A stretch of DNA of 64,000 bases from a virus. Location: the IMG/VR virus record IMGVR_UViG_3300045988_100160, positions 1 through 64,000 of that record; one strand, written 5' to 3'. Within the stretch, counting starts at the first letter, position 1; each line of letters starts with the position of its first letter. The notes below the pieces were generated by a model. It saw only the letters and a program-made list of their open reading frames with translations. It searched no databases and was not told the DNA's origin. Shown piece after piece: positions 1 through 8,215 of this stretch. The position numbers and the translations under genes are program-made.

Positions 1-256
1 CCTCTATGAGTTCTAATGACTCTAAATAGTCGCAAAAATCATTATATGATATAACGTCATATAGCCAACACGGCAATTTTTGTGCGTTATGGTTTAACTC
101 CGCCACTTCCTCGATAACTTCGATAATATCCATTGATAGAATACTATTGGCGTTATAGAGTTGCTCAAATTGATGTATAATTTCTTTGCTTTCATCATCA
201 GAATAAACATCAATTAATTGACTATAAATATATTCTTTTTTTTCTTTATCTAGCAC
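1..256 (-). CDS. hypothetical acidic protein, C-terminus lies beyond the left window edge
   Basis: Minus-strand frame open from GTG (256..254) to position 1. AAGAGGG sits 5 nt upstream (rc of 262..268). Absent from the ORF track because no stop lies in the window. Translation starts VLDKEKKEYIYSQLIDVYSDDESKEII. Confidence 0.4.
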   Translation of the reverse strand, partial: MLDKEKKEYIYSQLIDVYSDDESKEIIHQFEQLYNANSILSMDIIEVIEEVAELNHNAQKLPCWLYDVISYNDFCDYLESLELIE

Positions 257-257
257 G

Positions 258-365
258 TTAACCCTCTTTCATTTCTGATAATACTGTATATACTCTATTC
301 ATGAGATATACCATAGATACGGCGAACAAAACTCCAAACAAATTTTTTAATATCAATAATTCCAT
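258..365 (-). CDS. 35-aa hydrophobic peptide (MELLILKNLFGVLFAVSMVYLM...), hypothetical
   Basis: ATG 365..363 preceded by GAGGT. TAA stop (260..258) lies 1 nt before the GTG start of the next ORF. Below the ORF-track size cut-off. Confidence 0.3.
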   Translation of the reverse strand: MELLILKNLFGVLFAVSMVYLMNRVYTVLSEMKEG

Positions 366-449
366 AGGCTATTACCTCGCTTTCTATGGTCTTATTGTCT
401 CATATCTATAGTATTCTGTACAATAGTTTTTATCTATGGTTGCCATAGT

Positions 450-464
450 TTTAAGTTATGACTA
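450..464. repeat. left copy of a 15-bp inverted repeat TTTAAGTTATGACTA
   Basis: Exact reverse complement occurs at 2165..2179. It lies next to the small palindrome CTATGG-ttg-CCATAG (434..448). Confidence 0.6.
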
Positions 465-502
465 ACTACGATAATAAAATACACATGTTTAATGAATATA
501 TA

Positions 503-531
503 TAAATACCACAAATTTATAAAATTGTCAA
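503..531 (-). promoter_or_regulatory. candidate sigma-70 promoter (TTGACA-17-TATTTA)
   Basis: rc of 526..531 is TTGACA, then a 17-nt spacer, then rc of 503..508 is TATTTA. It points at the small ORFs at 365 and 256. Confidence 0.35.
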
Positions 532-654
532 GTCATAGGTAAAATCCAGCGTAAATGAGAATGTCTCTCAATAAAACGTTCATTTATTTGATCTATAAGG
601 TGTCTCTAAAGAGTCCGCCTTATAATTATATGCAAAAGTGCAAAAACGCCGTAG

Positions 655-673
655 AACGCAAATAAATGAATTT
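655..673 (+). repeat. 19-bp exact direct repeat AACGCAAATAAATGAATTT, copy 1
   Basis: Identical 19-mer at 2792..2810. Both copies lie in non-coding DNA. Confidence 0.7.
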
Positions 674-908
674 TAGGGGTATTGTCTAAATGAGAATACG
701 CAAGCAGTCTTTTGTATGCATACATAAGTTATGAATTTGTGTTTTTGTGGTGTACACCGTTGTATATCGAATATTTTCAATGTGTTATTGACAAATGTTA
801 TCATTATTAATTAACATCTAAAATTTTCGATATGGTTTCTGCTGGTGATGGTTGCAATCGTATTGTATGCAATCGAATTTCACGCAACGATTTTTCAAAT
901 GAATATAT

Positions 909-920
909 GAACATATGTTC
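909..920. promoter_or_regulatory. LexA-type (Cheo) box GAACATATGTTC
   Basis: Exact match to the GAAC-N4-GTTC core of the Firmicute SOS-box consensus CGAACATATGTTCG, embedded in cATATGAACATATGTTCA. Degenerate copies at 936..947 and 979..990. Confidence 0.55.
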
Positions 921-1385
921 AAACATCAGTTATCTGAATATGTGTTCATATGAGCATACGTTCAGATGAAAAACATATGAATAACTGTTCATGTATTCAT
1001 CCATGACTAAAATGCATGTATGCACATATATTCATATAAGATATATAACATTGGTTGTATACAATTAAATTGTAGTGTTCCGCTGGTTTTATCGTATTGA
1101 TAATATTTCTCATTCTTGTAGCGGTATATAGTGATGTCTACTATAGAGAGACAAAACATAGATATATGTACACCAAAACAAACAAACGCAAAAAAGCGAC
1201 AAAATGCATATGTTATAAAATCGTGTATTTTCGCTTGTATGCTCGTGTACCACTCTAACGTATAATCATAAGGGGAACACTCGAAAACGCTCGTATAACT
1301 CAAATAATGCAACTTTTATTTGAGAACAATTATCAACTACGCTGGCTTTTCTCATTTGTAGATGCTAATTGAGAATACAACGGCA

Positions 1386-1413
1386 AAACTAAAGGCGGTA
1401 CTTGTGTACCGCC
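1386..1413 (-). terminator. rho-independent terminator after CDS 1420..1707
   Basis: Stem GGCGGTAC/GTACCGCC (1394..1401 and 1406..1413), 4-nt loop, then TTTAGTTTT on the minus strand. Confidence 0.65.
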
Positions 1414-1419
1414 GTTGTT

Positions 1420-1707
1420 TTATTCAAAATCTTCCAATTCTTCCATTAAATCACATTTATAGTCATTATCGACATTGTCTATTAAATACTTTACATACTC
1501 ATCTAAATTATTTTCAATGTCTTCGATGATCTCGTAAGGGTCTACATGTTCCCCTATGTTAGTATGGACTAAATCCAATAATACTTCCTCTAGTTGATAC
1601 TCTTGAGATAATTCGAGAATAGTTTTACTATTGCCGTCAGCGTAACCAATTAAAAACTCGATTAAATCTTGAGCGTTATATTCTTGTTCTATTGTAAAAT
1701 ACATCAT
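1420..1707 (-). CDS. small, strongly acidic protein (95 aa); possible DNA-mimic or anti-restriction type, unproven
   Basis: ORF track. AAAGGA lies upstream of ATGATG. About one third D/E residues (ends ...DLMEELEDFE). Has its own terminator. Confidence 0.6.
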   Translation of the reverse strand: MMYFTIEQEYNAQDLIEFLIGYADGNSKTILELSQEYQLEEVLLDLVHTNIGEHVDPYEIIEDIENNLDEYVKYLIDNVDNDYKCDLMEELEDFE

Positions 1708-1769
1708 AACGTTTTATCCTTTCTAATTCTGATAATGTGGCGGTAGTGATCACTACCGCCAATATTTTC

Positions 1770-2048
1770 CTAGATGTGCAAAATTACCTTTTCCACCTTC
1801 CAATTATACCAATCTAGGCGAACGCCTAAATCAATACCATCTAAGCAATTTCCAAAGAGACTGCAGCCACAAGCGTTTACATTAAAATATTTTTGGTCGG
1901 TGTTAGTCTCATAAGTTCGCTGAGTTTCTGTAAAAGGCTTTTCCCAATTATCCTTACTATAGATAATTGTAATTTTCTTATGAGTATCGTATAAGTCATT
2001 ATTATATACGTACTCGCTTAATGCTGATAAACTAGAAAATCCTTTCAT
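1770..2048 (-). CDS. hypothetical protein (92 aa from the internal ATG)
   Basis: ORF track 1770..2066. I prefer ATG 2048 because AAAGGGG lies upstream. A 22-bp perfect palindrome hairpin (1739..1760) follows the stop. Confidence 0.55.
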   Translation of the reverse strand: MKGFSSLSALSEYVYNNDLYDTHKKITIIYSKDNWEKPFTETQRTYETNTDQKYFNVNACGCSLFGNCLDGIDLGVRLDWYNWKVEKVILHI

Positions 2049-2164
2049 GAGTTTTACCCCTTTCATATATAATTGTTAAAGACCTACGAAAGATATTTAT
2101 CATCTTTCGTTACACTCATTATACACCTAGAGGAACAATCTGCATAATAGAAAAAATCTATAGC

Positions 2165-2179
2165 TAGTCATAACTTAAA
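2165..2179. repeat. right copy (inverted) of the 15-bp repeat TTTAAGTTATGACTA
   Basis: rc of 2165..2179 equals 450..464. It sits in the loop and arm of a local hairpin TATAGCT...AGCTATA (2159..2185). Confidence 0.6.
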
Positions 2180-2467
2180 GCTATACCCCTTGCAGGCGGT
2201 ACTCATGAAATTAAATTGCATACAATACAGTTGTACCACATCATATGAATATATGTTCATATGAGTATACATCGGTTATATGAATGTATGTTCATATGTT
2301 CAAACATTCATATGATTGAATACAACTGAGTTGAACACAACTATATCGAAAGTTTTCGTTCTGTAATCCTTTAGTTATCTAAAGTTTTCGAACTGATTGA
2401 GATTTTTCGATATACTTTATTCATCTAAAGTTTTCAATCTAATCGAAAATTTTGAATGTATTAAATC

Positions 2468-2479
2468 GAACATCTGTTC
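2468..2479. promoter_or_regulatory. LexA-type box GAACATCTGTTC (flanked C...G, so CGAACATCTGTTCG)
   Basis: Fits GAAC-N4-GTTC and includes the outer C/G of the 14-mer consensus. Confidence 0.5.
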
Positions 2480-2791
2480 GCTGGTTGCAGGCGGTCTCGC
2501 AGGTCGTGGCGAACATGTGTGCGGTCAATATGTAATGCCTTGAAAAAACAAACATATGTATCAATATATGAACACATATACATATAAAAAATGGGTGAGA
2601 TATATATGTATATATACATGTGTAAAATATCGTGGACATATACATATAAATATATACAAATGTAAAAATCCGTGGACAATATCATATATATAAACAATAA
2701 AACCACCACAGAATTGATTTAAATCGTTTATACGGTGTGTTTATATCCACGGTGGTATATTTGTATACCCCATATGTGAAAACCACCGTAC

Positions 2792-2810
2792 AACGCAAAT
2801 AAATGAATTT
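2792..2810 (+). repeat. 19-bp exact direct repeat AACGCAAATAAATGAATTT, copy 2
   Basis: Identical to 655..673. Confidence 0.7.
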
Positions 2811-2831
2811 CATGGGATGATGCGGTCGTAT

Positions 2832-2843
2832 GAACATATGTTC
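2832..2843. promoter_or_regulatory. LexA-type box GAACATATGTTC
   Basis: Second exact copy of the 14-bp palindrome TGAACATATGTTCA (2831..2844). Confidence 0.55.
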
Positions 2844-3295
2844 AATCATGGGTGTTGCACCACGGTATCTCAGATGGTTAAAACAAACAGATGTTCGATT
2901 GTTTATTTCTGTGGAAGCATCCATGGTTCGTCAATAGAATAACCCATGAACACACCACAATAAACATTAATAGATAAACACATATATCACCGACACATAT
3001 ATACGTTTATTTAATACCACGACATATACAAATAAAAAATACCACCGCATAAAACGTGGACACATAACGAACGTATAATGTATAAGCATATATGCTGCGG
3101 ATGCACGATTGTTTCATGCAGGTGTTCGCCATGGTTTTCTATGCGATGGTATTTGATTTCTGTGACAACAGTAGATGAACGCATGAACATTTCCGTGTGG
3201 TGAATGGTGGTATGATTGCCTGCGTGATGTGTTTGGGATGCATCACACAATGAATGTGGTGTTTGCCATGCGTTTGCAACCTGTTGTCTATATGT

Positions 3296-3325
3296 ATGAT
3301 AACACAAGACGGTTTGTGTTGTCAA
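3296..3325 (-). promoter_or_regulatory. weak candidate promoter (TTGACA-18-TATCAT) firing into the ORF-free region
   Basis: rc of 3320..3325 is TTGACA and rc of 3296..3301 is TATCAT. No credible ORF lies downstream. Confidence 0.3.
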
Positions 3326-3404
3326 CAACCAATGTGTTTTTCTTGGGTTTTATTTTTTGAAATCTTGTTTTTTATTTTTTGGTTTTTAATTTTTTGGATT
3401 TGGG

Positions 3405-3824
3405 TCATTGGTTTTTGGTTATGCCACATAGGTCTTGAATTAGGAAGCTGTAAGTGTCAAGACATTGGATGCCAATATTGTTTGTTGACTCGTCGACAAA
3501 AACATAGATTGCATTTTTCATATATATCGTGTTTTCTGTAAAGTTGGTGACTACGCCGATATAGACATGTTTATCATTAGACCGTGCCAAAGCGATATCT
3601 CCATCTCTAAGATAACCGTATTTAGTTCTTAACGTAGCAACTGTCGGTAAATCGTCTACGGACTTCTCCACAGGTTTCCCATTGAATAACATTGTGCTAG
3701 CTTTAATGAAATTTGAAGTCTTATTTTCAGGTTTTAAAAACAATGACTTTAAACATTCGATGTTCTCTGGTGTCACTTCTAGTTTTAATTTTAGTGTTCC
3801 CATAGAGTCGTTTTTGGTTTTCAT
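3405..3824 (-). CDS. hypothetical protein (139 aa)
   Basis: ORF track 3405..3917 trimmed to ATG 3824, preceded by AGGAGG. The upstream gene stops at 3826. Confidence 0.65.
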   Translation of the reverse strand: MKTKNDSMGTLKLKLEVTPENIECLKSLFLKPENKTSNFIKASTMLFNGKPVEKSVDDLPTVATLRTKYGYLRDGDIALARSNDKHVYIGVVTNFTENTIYMKNAIYVFVDESTNNIGIQCLDTYSFLIQDLCGITKNQ

Positions 3825-3825
3825 C

Positions 3826-4542
3826 TTAGTCCTCCTGTACGATTTTAAACCATTCTTTATAAAAATTGTCTCCGACTGTTCCAATGAACACTTTTTCATA
3901 AAAGTCGGATATAGCAATTTTTTCCACCGTAGCTTGTTTTACTTTTGTCGGAGGTGTAGTCTTAATATCATTATATAATACTTCTGCTTCGACTTCAACT
4001 TGAGTGCCACTTGGTAATAACGCCTGCAGCTCATCCACAGTAAAATCTGTAGTGTGATACCATTTGTTTGGCTCTAAAGCTACCTGATTGATTAATTCCA
4101 AGTTTTCCTCAGAAGCAAACCATCCGCCATTACACTCAACACCGTCACGCTCACGTGTACCAGTCCAACCAAAACGATTATCGTCTAATTCTACGACATA
4201 ACCCTCTGGAAAGTTAACACCCTCCATTGGTAATCTAACGATTGTACCTGTGCAATCGTTGTATTTAATAATTACATGGTCGCCAATGTTAAACTTTGGT
4301 TTTGGCTGCACTTTTGGTTCATCTGGGTCAACTGTTGTATAATCAAAAGATTTAATCTGAAGTGGAACTGTTGGTTGTTCTGGTTGTTTTTCTAGGGCAT
4401 CCACCAGCTTGTCAGCATATAGTTTAAACTGAGGTAAGTCCAAAGGCTTGTCTTCTAATAGAGACATTAATATGCAACCTCTTAAGTATGCAACGTAATC
4501 AGCTTTTGTGAAATTCTCTTCTATAACGCTTAAGTAATTCAT
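3826..4542 (-). CDS. hypothetical protein (238 aa)
   Basis: ORF track trimmed to ATG 4542 (AGGAGAAAAACATATG). Confidence 0.65.
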   Translation of the reverse strand: MNYLSVIEENFTKADYVAYLRGCILMSLLEDKPLDLPQFKLYADKLVDALEKQPEQPTVPLQIKSFDYTTVDPDEPKVQPKPKFNIGDHVIIKYNDCTGTIVRLPMEGVNFPEGYVVELDDNRFGWTGTRERDGVECNGGWFASEENLELINQVALEPNKWYHTTDFTVDELQALLPSGTQVEVEAEVLYNDIKTTPPTKVKQATVEKIAISDFYEKVFIGTVGDNFYKEWFKIVQED

Positions 4543-4556
4543 ATGTTTTTCTCCTG

Positions 4557-4859
4557 TTAAAAACGTGTAATAAAAACCTCGAACCAATCATTTGTTCTGC
4601 CAGACTCGGCTACCGAGATTATATCTTTTAATGTTTCAATCGATGCCTGATAAATAACCATCTCAGTCTTATTACTTGAATAAGACTGCTGTTTTTCTTG
4701 TGCATCGTGCAACCATTGGTGTAAGAACGGAATATCTACCTTATGTTCCATACTATTCCAATCAAGGTGTTCATTTGCATATTGTTCTACCTCTGAGATA
4801 AGAAAAGCATAATGCAAGTATGGACATCGCCTGTCTTTCCTAAAGATGTAAACCTCCAT
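4557..4859 (-). CDS. hypothetical protein (100 aa)
   Basis: ORF track. AGGAGG lies directly upstream of the ATG. Confidence 0.6.
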   Translation of the reverse strand: MEVYIFRKDRRCPYLHYAFLISEVEQYANEHLDWNSMEHKVDIPFLHQWLHDAQEKQQSYSSNKTEMVIYQASIETLKDIISVAESGRTNDWFEVFITRF

Positions 4860-4870
4860 ATATCCTCCTG

Positions 4871-5185
4871 TTAATCAATTTGAGTGTATATTGTTTTATG
4901 CCCATCATTAATATATTTTTTAATCTGACATAGTTGCGTTACTTCGTCAGGGAATATCAATGGGTCTCTTGGGTTTGCTAATGGACTGCGAGTTAATGTT
5001 CCATCTTCACAAGCCTGCAACAAACGTGCCACCAAAGAACCATCAATAATGTATTCCTCATTTGGTTGAAAGTCACGAAGATTATCTCTGAAAAATCTTC
5101 CGACATTTCTATTGTAGATACTAAAGTGTGCCACAGGGATAACTCTGTGGTTTACAAACACATAAAACTCGTTATATAATCCCAT
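4871..5185 (-). CDS. hypothetical protein (104 aa)
   Basis: ORF track trimmed to ATG 5185 (AGGAGGACTACTAATG). TAATG overlap with the upstream stop. Confidence 0.6.
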   Translation of the reverse strand: MGLYNEFYVFVNHRVIPVAHFSIYNRNVGRFFRDNLRDFQPNEEYIIDGSLVARLLQACEDGTLTRSPLANPRDPLIFPDEVTQLCQIKKYINDGHKTIYTQID

Positions 5186-5586
5186 TAGTAGTCCTCCTGT
5201 GGATTGATACCATAATCCAATGGATTGTATTCTTTTTCTTGAAACACAGTCCATACACGTTTGTCCAAGCGGTTTTCTTTCAAGAATTGATATAACGTAT
5301 CTTGCAGTCGTTTTTCCAATTCCTCGTCTTGTTCATCGGTTAATTTATCGTCTAACGCAATATCGTAATCTTCTTCGATTTTGTCGTTCATATCCCACAT
5401 AATTTGTTCTGCATTAAACATATCTGGAATATAATACGATGGATGTCCGATGCATACCGTTGGACAATCAAGGTTTTGACAATCGTCTTCATAGAAATTC
5501 TCTATGGCATCCTTAATGGTCGCTTGCGGTTCACCACAAGTATCATCGGTTGTCCAACAATATTTAGTTTCATCTAAGATATACAT
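5185..5586 (-). CDS. hypothetical acidic protein (133 aa)
   Basis: ORF track. AGGAGG upstream. D/E-rich middle region (DDKLTDEQDEELEKR). Confidence 0.6.
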   Translation of the reverse strand: MYILDETKYCWTTDDTCGEPQATIKDAIENFYEDDCQNLDCPTVCIGHPSYYIPDMFNAEQIMWDMNDKIEEDYDIALDDKLTDEQDEELEKRLQDTLYQFLKENRLDKRVWTVFQEKEYNPLDYGINPQEDY

Positions 5587-5602
5587 TAGATTTCCTCCTG
5601 TG

Positions 5603-5929
5603 CTATTTAAAGCATTTTAACATCAGTATTGTAAATGAAACACAAGCCAGTACCAATGTTACAACTGTTCCCAAGGGAACATATCTTGTGTTATACTCAA
5701 AACCACCAATAACGTGGGCTGCTTTTTGTTGAATGGCTTCGTTTGCCCACTTCCTGTTAAACTTTTGCCATGAAATATCCCATCTAGCATCACTCAGCTT
5801 ATCTTTTGTTTCTTTTAAGTCATGTTGCAAGTCTTTAATATAGGCATCCTTGGCGATAATCACTTGGTTTTGTTCTTCGATTGTTTTATACAGGTGTTGT
5901 TTATCATTTGATAATTCCATCGTTTTCAT
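5603..5929 (-). CDS. tail-anchored coiled-coil membrane protein (XhlA-like topology)
   Basis: ORF track. N-terminal heptad-like region plus one C-terminal hydrophobic helix (VPLGTVVTLVLACVSFTILML). Same architecture as 10493..10828 and 11027..11410. Confidence 0.55.
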   Translation of the reverse strand: MKTMELSNDKQHLYKTIEEQNQVIIAKDAYIKDLQHDLKETKDKLSDARWDISWQKFNRKWANEAIQQKAAHVIGGFEYNTRYVPLGTVVTLVLACVSFTILMLKCFK

Positions 5930-6056
5930 CAACCTTTTCTACCAATAAGTATTCAATATCTGCAAAAGCTAAGAGTTGTAAAAAGTACATTGGTTCTTCT
6001 TTTGTGTACAAAGTCTGTAATTTTTTATTGGCTTGTTTAAAAGCGATTTTATACAT
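5904..6056 (-). CDS. 50-aa hypothetical protein
   Basis: Found by hand. ATG 6056 overlaps the upstream TAA as TAATG, with AAGAGG upstream. Below the ORF-track cut-off. Confidence 0.4.
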   Translation of the reverse strand: MYKIAFKQANKKLQTLYTKEEPMYFLQLLAFADIEYLLVEKVDENDGIIK

Positions 6057-6400
6057 TATAATACCTCTTGCTCTAAATGGGTTTCAAACAATTTCAAAAA
6101 CTGTAGTTCCGCATTTGGGTCGCCACATTGGTCGGTATCATACATTACTTGGTCTTCTAAAGTCAGTAATGATAGTCCATACGCATATGTAGTCAATTCA
6201 CCGCTATTGCGAATAAACATTAGCTTTGTATATGGTTTAATTTCACCAAAGAAAGACATGTTATGAGTATACATAATCATGTGACCTTGTGGCAATGTAA
6301 TAGAATATACAGAATACATTTGATTGTGTTTGTCATCGATATAACTGTAGATGTTCTCAACTGTTGTGTCGATTTGTTTTAATAATTGTGTACGTTTCAA
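6056..6400 (-). CDS. hypothetical protein (114 aa, TTG start)
   Basis: ORF track. AGGAGG lies 7 nt before the TTG. Confidence 0.55.
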   Translation of the reverse strand: MKRTQLLKQIDTTVENIYSYIDDKHNQMYSVYSITLPQGHMIMYTHNMSFFGEIKPYTKLMFIRNSGELTTYAYGLSLLTLEDQVMYDTDQCGDPNAELQFLKLFETHLEQEVL

Positions 6401-6421
6401 TGGTTTTCCTCCTGTGTAAAG

Positions 6422-6955
6422 TCAAATATTAAACTCAATCTTTAAACTTTTATGTTCAAATGCACGAATTAATTGGTCTTCATATGTGTTGATAACGATT
6501 TGTCTTGCGTCTTTTAATGCATCCCTGATAGTCTCAAGTTGGTCTATTGTATATTCTTGAGTGTCACACAATCTGTACACTTTAGAGTGTATATCTTTAT
6601 ACAGTAAAACCGAATTATCAACATTAGAGATACACCAATCATTTTCCAAATATATCGTACCACAGAACTGCAATATCGTCAATAAATTATCTGAATCAAA
6701 CTTAACGGAAATCTTTGGTTGTCCATTAGACCAGCATTGTCTCATGGTTGTTACAATTAAATCTGGCACATTATCAGACCAGAACTGATTGCGACCCAAA
6801 GTGATGCCATTAAGTTTCATGGGTAATGTCTTTGGGATGATAACATCTGCACCATACTGATTGATACTGCTATAGACGATTTGTTGAGACATATACTCAT
6901 TGAAAATGTCTGTCTCAGGCTGTATGGGGTCTAATCTCAAGTATGTTACTTCCAT
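6422..6955 (-). CDS. hypothetical protein (177 aa)
   Basis: ORF track. AGGAG upstream. TAATG overlap with the upstream gene. Confidence 0.6.
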   Translation of the reverse strand: MEVTYLRLDPIQPETDIFNEYMSQQIVYSSINQYGADVIIPKTLPMKLNGITLGRNQFWSDNVPDLIVTTMRQCWSNGQPKISVKFDSDNLLTILQFCGTIYLENDWCISNVDNSVLLYKDIHSKVYRLCDTQEYTIDQLETIRDALKDARQIVINTYEDQLIRAFEHKSLKIEFNI

Positions 6956-7380
6956 TATTTCTGCTCCTGTGACTCTACATGTGGTTTTTCATGTTTATCA
7001 GCGAGTGTTAAACACTTGTCGCACACGGTCTCCAACTGCTTTCTAACCAAAGTAACTGCTTGGTCTAATTCTTTAATTACTTGTTTGACACACTTCAGGT
7101 CTTCTTTTGTTAATTGGTCGGTGTCTGCATTTGGCAACAACAAAACAATGTCTTTGACTGTCTTGATTTGTTTCCACTCGACAATCTGTTGTTGTAAAGC
7201 TTCAAAGGATAATGTGTGCTCACCTACAGCATTTAAAATCTCTTGATACATTAAATATCGTAAATGATTTAATACTACATTGTCTTCTTTGTGAGAGCCA
7301 ATGTTGTCTGCCATACGGTCAATATACAGCGTAAGTGGATAACCTGCCATAGAATTTACTAAGATGTCTTTATTACTCAT
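6955..7380 (-). CDS. hypothetical protein (141 aa)
   Basis: ORF track. GGAGGT upstream. Confidence 0.6.
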   Translation of the reverse strand: MSNKDILVNSMAGYPLTLYIDRMADNIGSHKEDNVVLNHLRYLMYQEILNAVGEHTLSFEALQQQIVEWKQIKTVKDIVLLLPNADTDQLTKEDLKCVKQVIKELDQAVTLVRKQLETVCDKCLTLADKHEKPHVESQEQK

Positions 7381-7417
7381 TCCAACCTCCGTTTTCTAAT
7401 TCGTAATCAATTTCTTG

Positions 7418-7654
7418 TTATCTTTGCTCGGCGTATAACCGACTATAGTACTTTTGTTTACACGTTGTTGTGCAAAACCGATGATTATGACTTTTAGGTG
7501 TAAACCAACGTCCGCAGCAATCGCATTGTTTCATATGTTTTCTTCGTTCGGCTTCACGTTGATAAAACCCAATCAGAAAATCTTCTGGTACCGCTGGATG
7601 TGGTCTACCGTCAAAACAAGATTTATCTTGCAGAAATTCTGGCAACTTAGACAT
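7418..7654 (-). CDS. small zinc-ribbon protein (CDCCGRW...CTTTC)
   Basis: ORF track. AGGAGG upstream. Four Cys arranged as CxxC...CxxxC. Confidence 0.6.
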   Translation of the reverse strand: MSKLPEFLQDKSCFDGRPHPAVPEDFLIGFYQREAERRKHMKQCDCCGRWFTPKSHNHRFCTTTCKQKYYSRLYAEQR

Positions 7655-7796
7655 GTGTCCACCTCCTGTTATAACTCAAATGTTTTTCGTTGTGTTTTAT
7701 TTTTGTAGCCACGGTTTTGAACCAATGCAGCTTCATAGTTGCTGAGAAAGTCTTCACGAAAGTTGTGTTTGTGTCTAAACTTAATTTAAAAAGCAT
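7647..7796 (-). CDS. 49-aa basic hypothetical protein
   Basis: Found by hand. ATG 7796 with AGGAGA upstream. The stop overlaps the next start (ATGTCTAA). Confidence 0.35.
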   Translation of the reverse strand: MLFKLSLDTNTTFVKTFSATMKLHWFKTVATKIKHNEKHLSYNRRWTHV

Positions 7797-7798
7797 AA

Positions 7799-8014
7799 TT
7801 ATTTCTCCTGTTCATTTAATTCATTTCTAATAATGTCACGCACCATTGCACAATACCATGCACAGTATGGGTCGTGTAATAATTTGGCTTGTTCTTGCCA
7901 TAATTCTTGTAATTGTTCTTTGGTCTTCCTTGGCTTTTCAGCCTGTTTTAATAACTTGCGACCAGCTTTGATTGACTTGGTAATTTTCTTTAATTCCTTT
8001 TCTGTTGGTTGCAA
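7799..8014 (-). CDS. hypothetical protein (71 aa, TTG start)
   Basis: ORF track. The start follows the upstream stop directly. Confidence 0.5.
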   Translation of the reverse strand: MQPTEKELKKITKSIKAGRKLLKQAEKPRKTKEQLQELWQEQAKLLHDPYCAWYCAMVRDIIRNELNEQEK

Positions 8015-8215
8015 CTACATCACCACCAAGTTTTCTTCCAAAGCCACGCTCAAGGCGAATGCTGCACTATCACAATCCCATTTGATTGCATTACCAATTA
8101 ATGTTCTTGCCGATTGTTGTTCTTGCGGTGTCAAGCGAATACCATCTTGTGTTGCTGCCTTAATGGTTCGCACTCGCTCATCGCAATTTCTTCTGATTTC
8201 ATTTCTTGGGTTCAC
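8015..8215 (-). CDS. hypothetical protein (66 aa, GTG start)
   Basis: ORF track. AGGAGG upstream. First gene after the consensus promoter at 8292..8320. Confidence 0.55.
   Translation of the reverse strand: MNPRNEIRRNCDERVRTIKAATQDGIRLTPQEQQSARTLIGNAIKWDCDSAAFALSVALEENLVVM

Noticed and set aside
1007-1312. 101-aa minus-strand ORF in the left non-coding block
   Set aside because: No Shine-Dalgarno sequence. The composition (Y/C/F/I-rich) is implausible. It overlaps the CATATG/LexA-type repeat DNA and fits none of the operon-packing rules seen elsewhere.
2741-2760. DnaA boxes in the non-coding blocks
   Set aside because: Sequences such as TTATATCCACGG only loosely resemble TTATCCACA. I found no exact 9-mers by eye.
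2439-2924. Three overlapping ORF-track entries (2439..2645, 2461..2709, 2682..2924)
   Set aside because: They are translations of ATATACATAT-type low-complexity repeats and binding-site-like motifs. They have no RBS, mutually overlapping frames and nonsense-like peptides.
3335-3420. Oligo-T/A tract block considered as phased A-tract bent DNA
   Set aside because: The tracts (about 3368, 3375, 3383, 3390, 3412) are spaced about 7-8 bp apart, not about 10.5 bp. Classical in-phase curvature is therefore not supported. The block may still be an easily melted AT-rich stretch.
3011-3541. ORFs 3011..3328 (-) and 3254..3541 (+), His/Cys-rich or Phe/Trp-rich
   Set aside because: No RBS. The sequence derives from GTGGTG/CACCA motif DNA and oligo-T tracts. 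The plus-strand ORF runs antisense into CDS 3405..3824.
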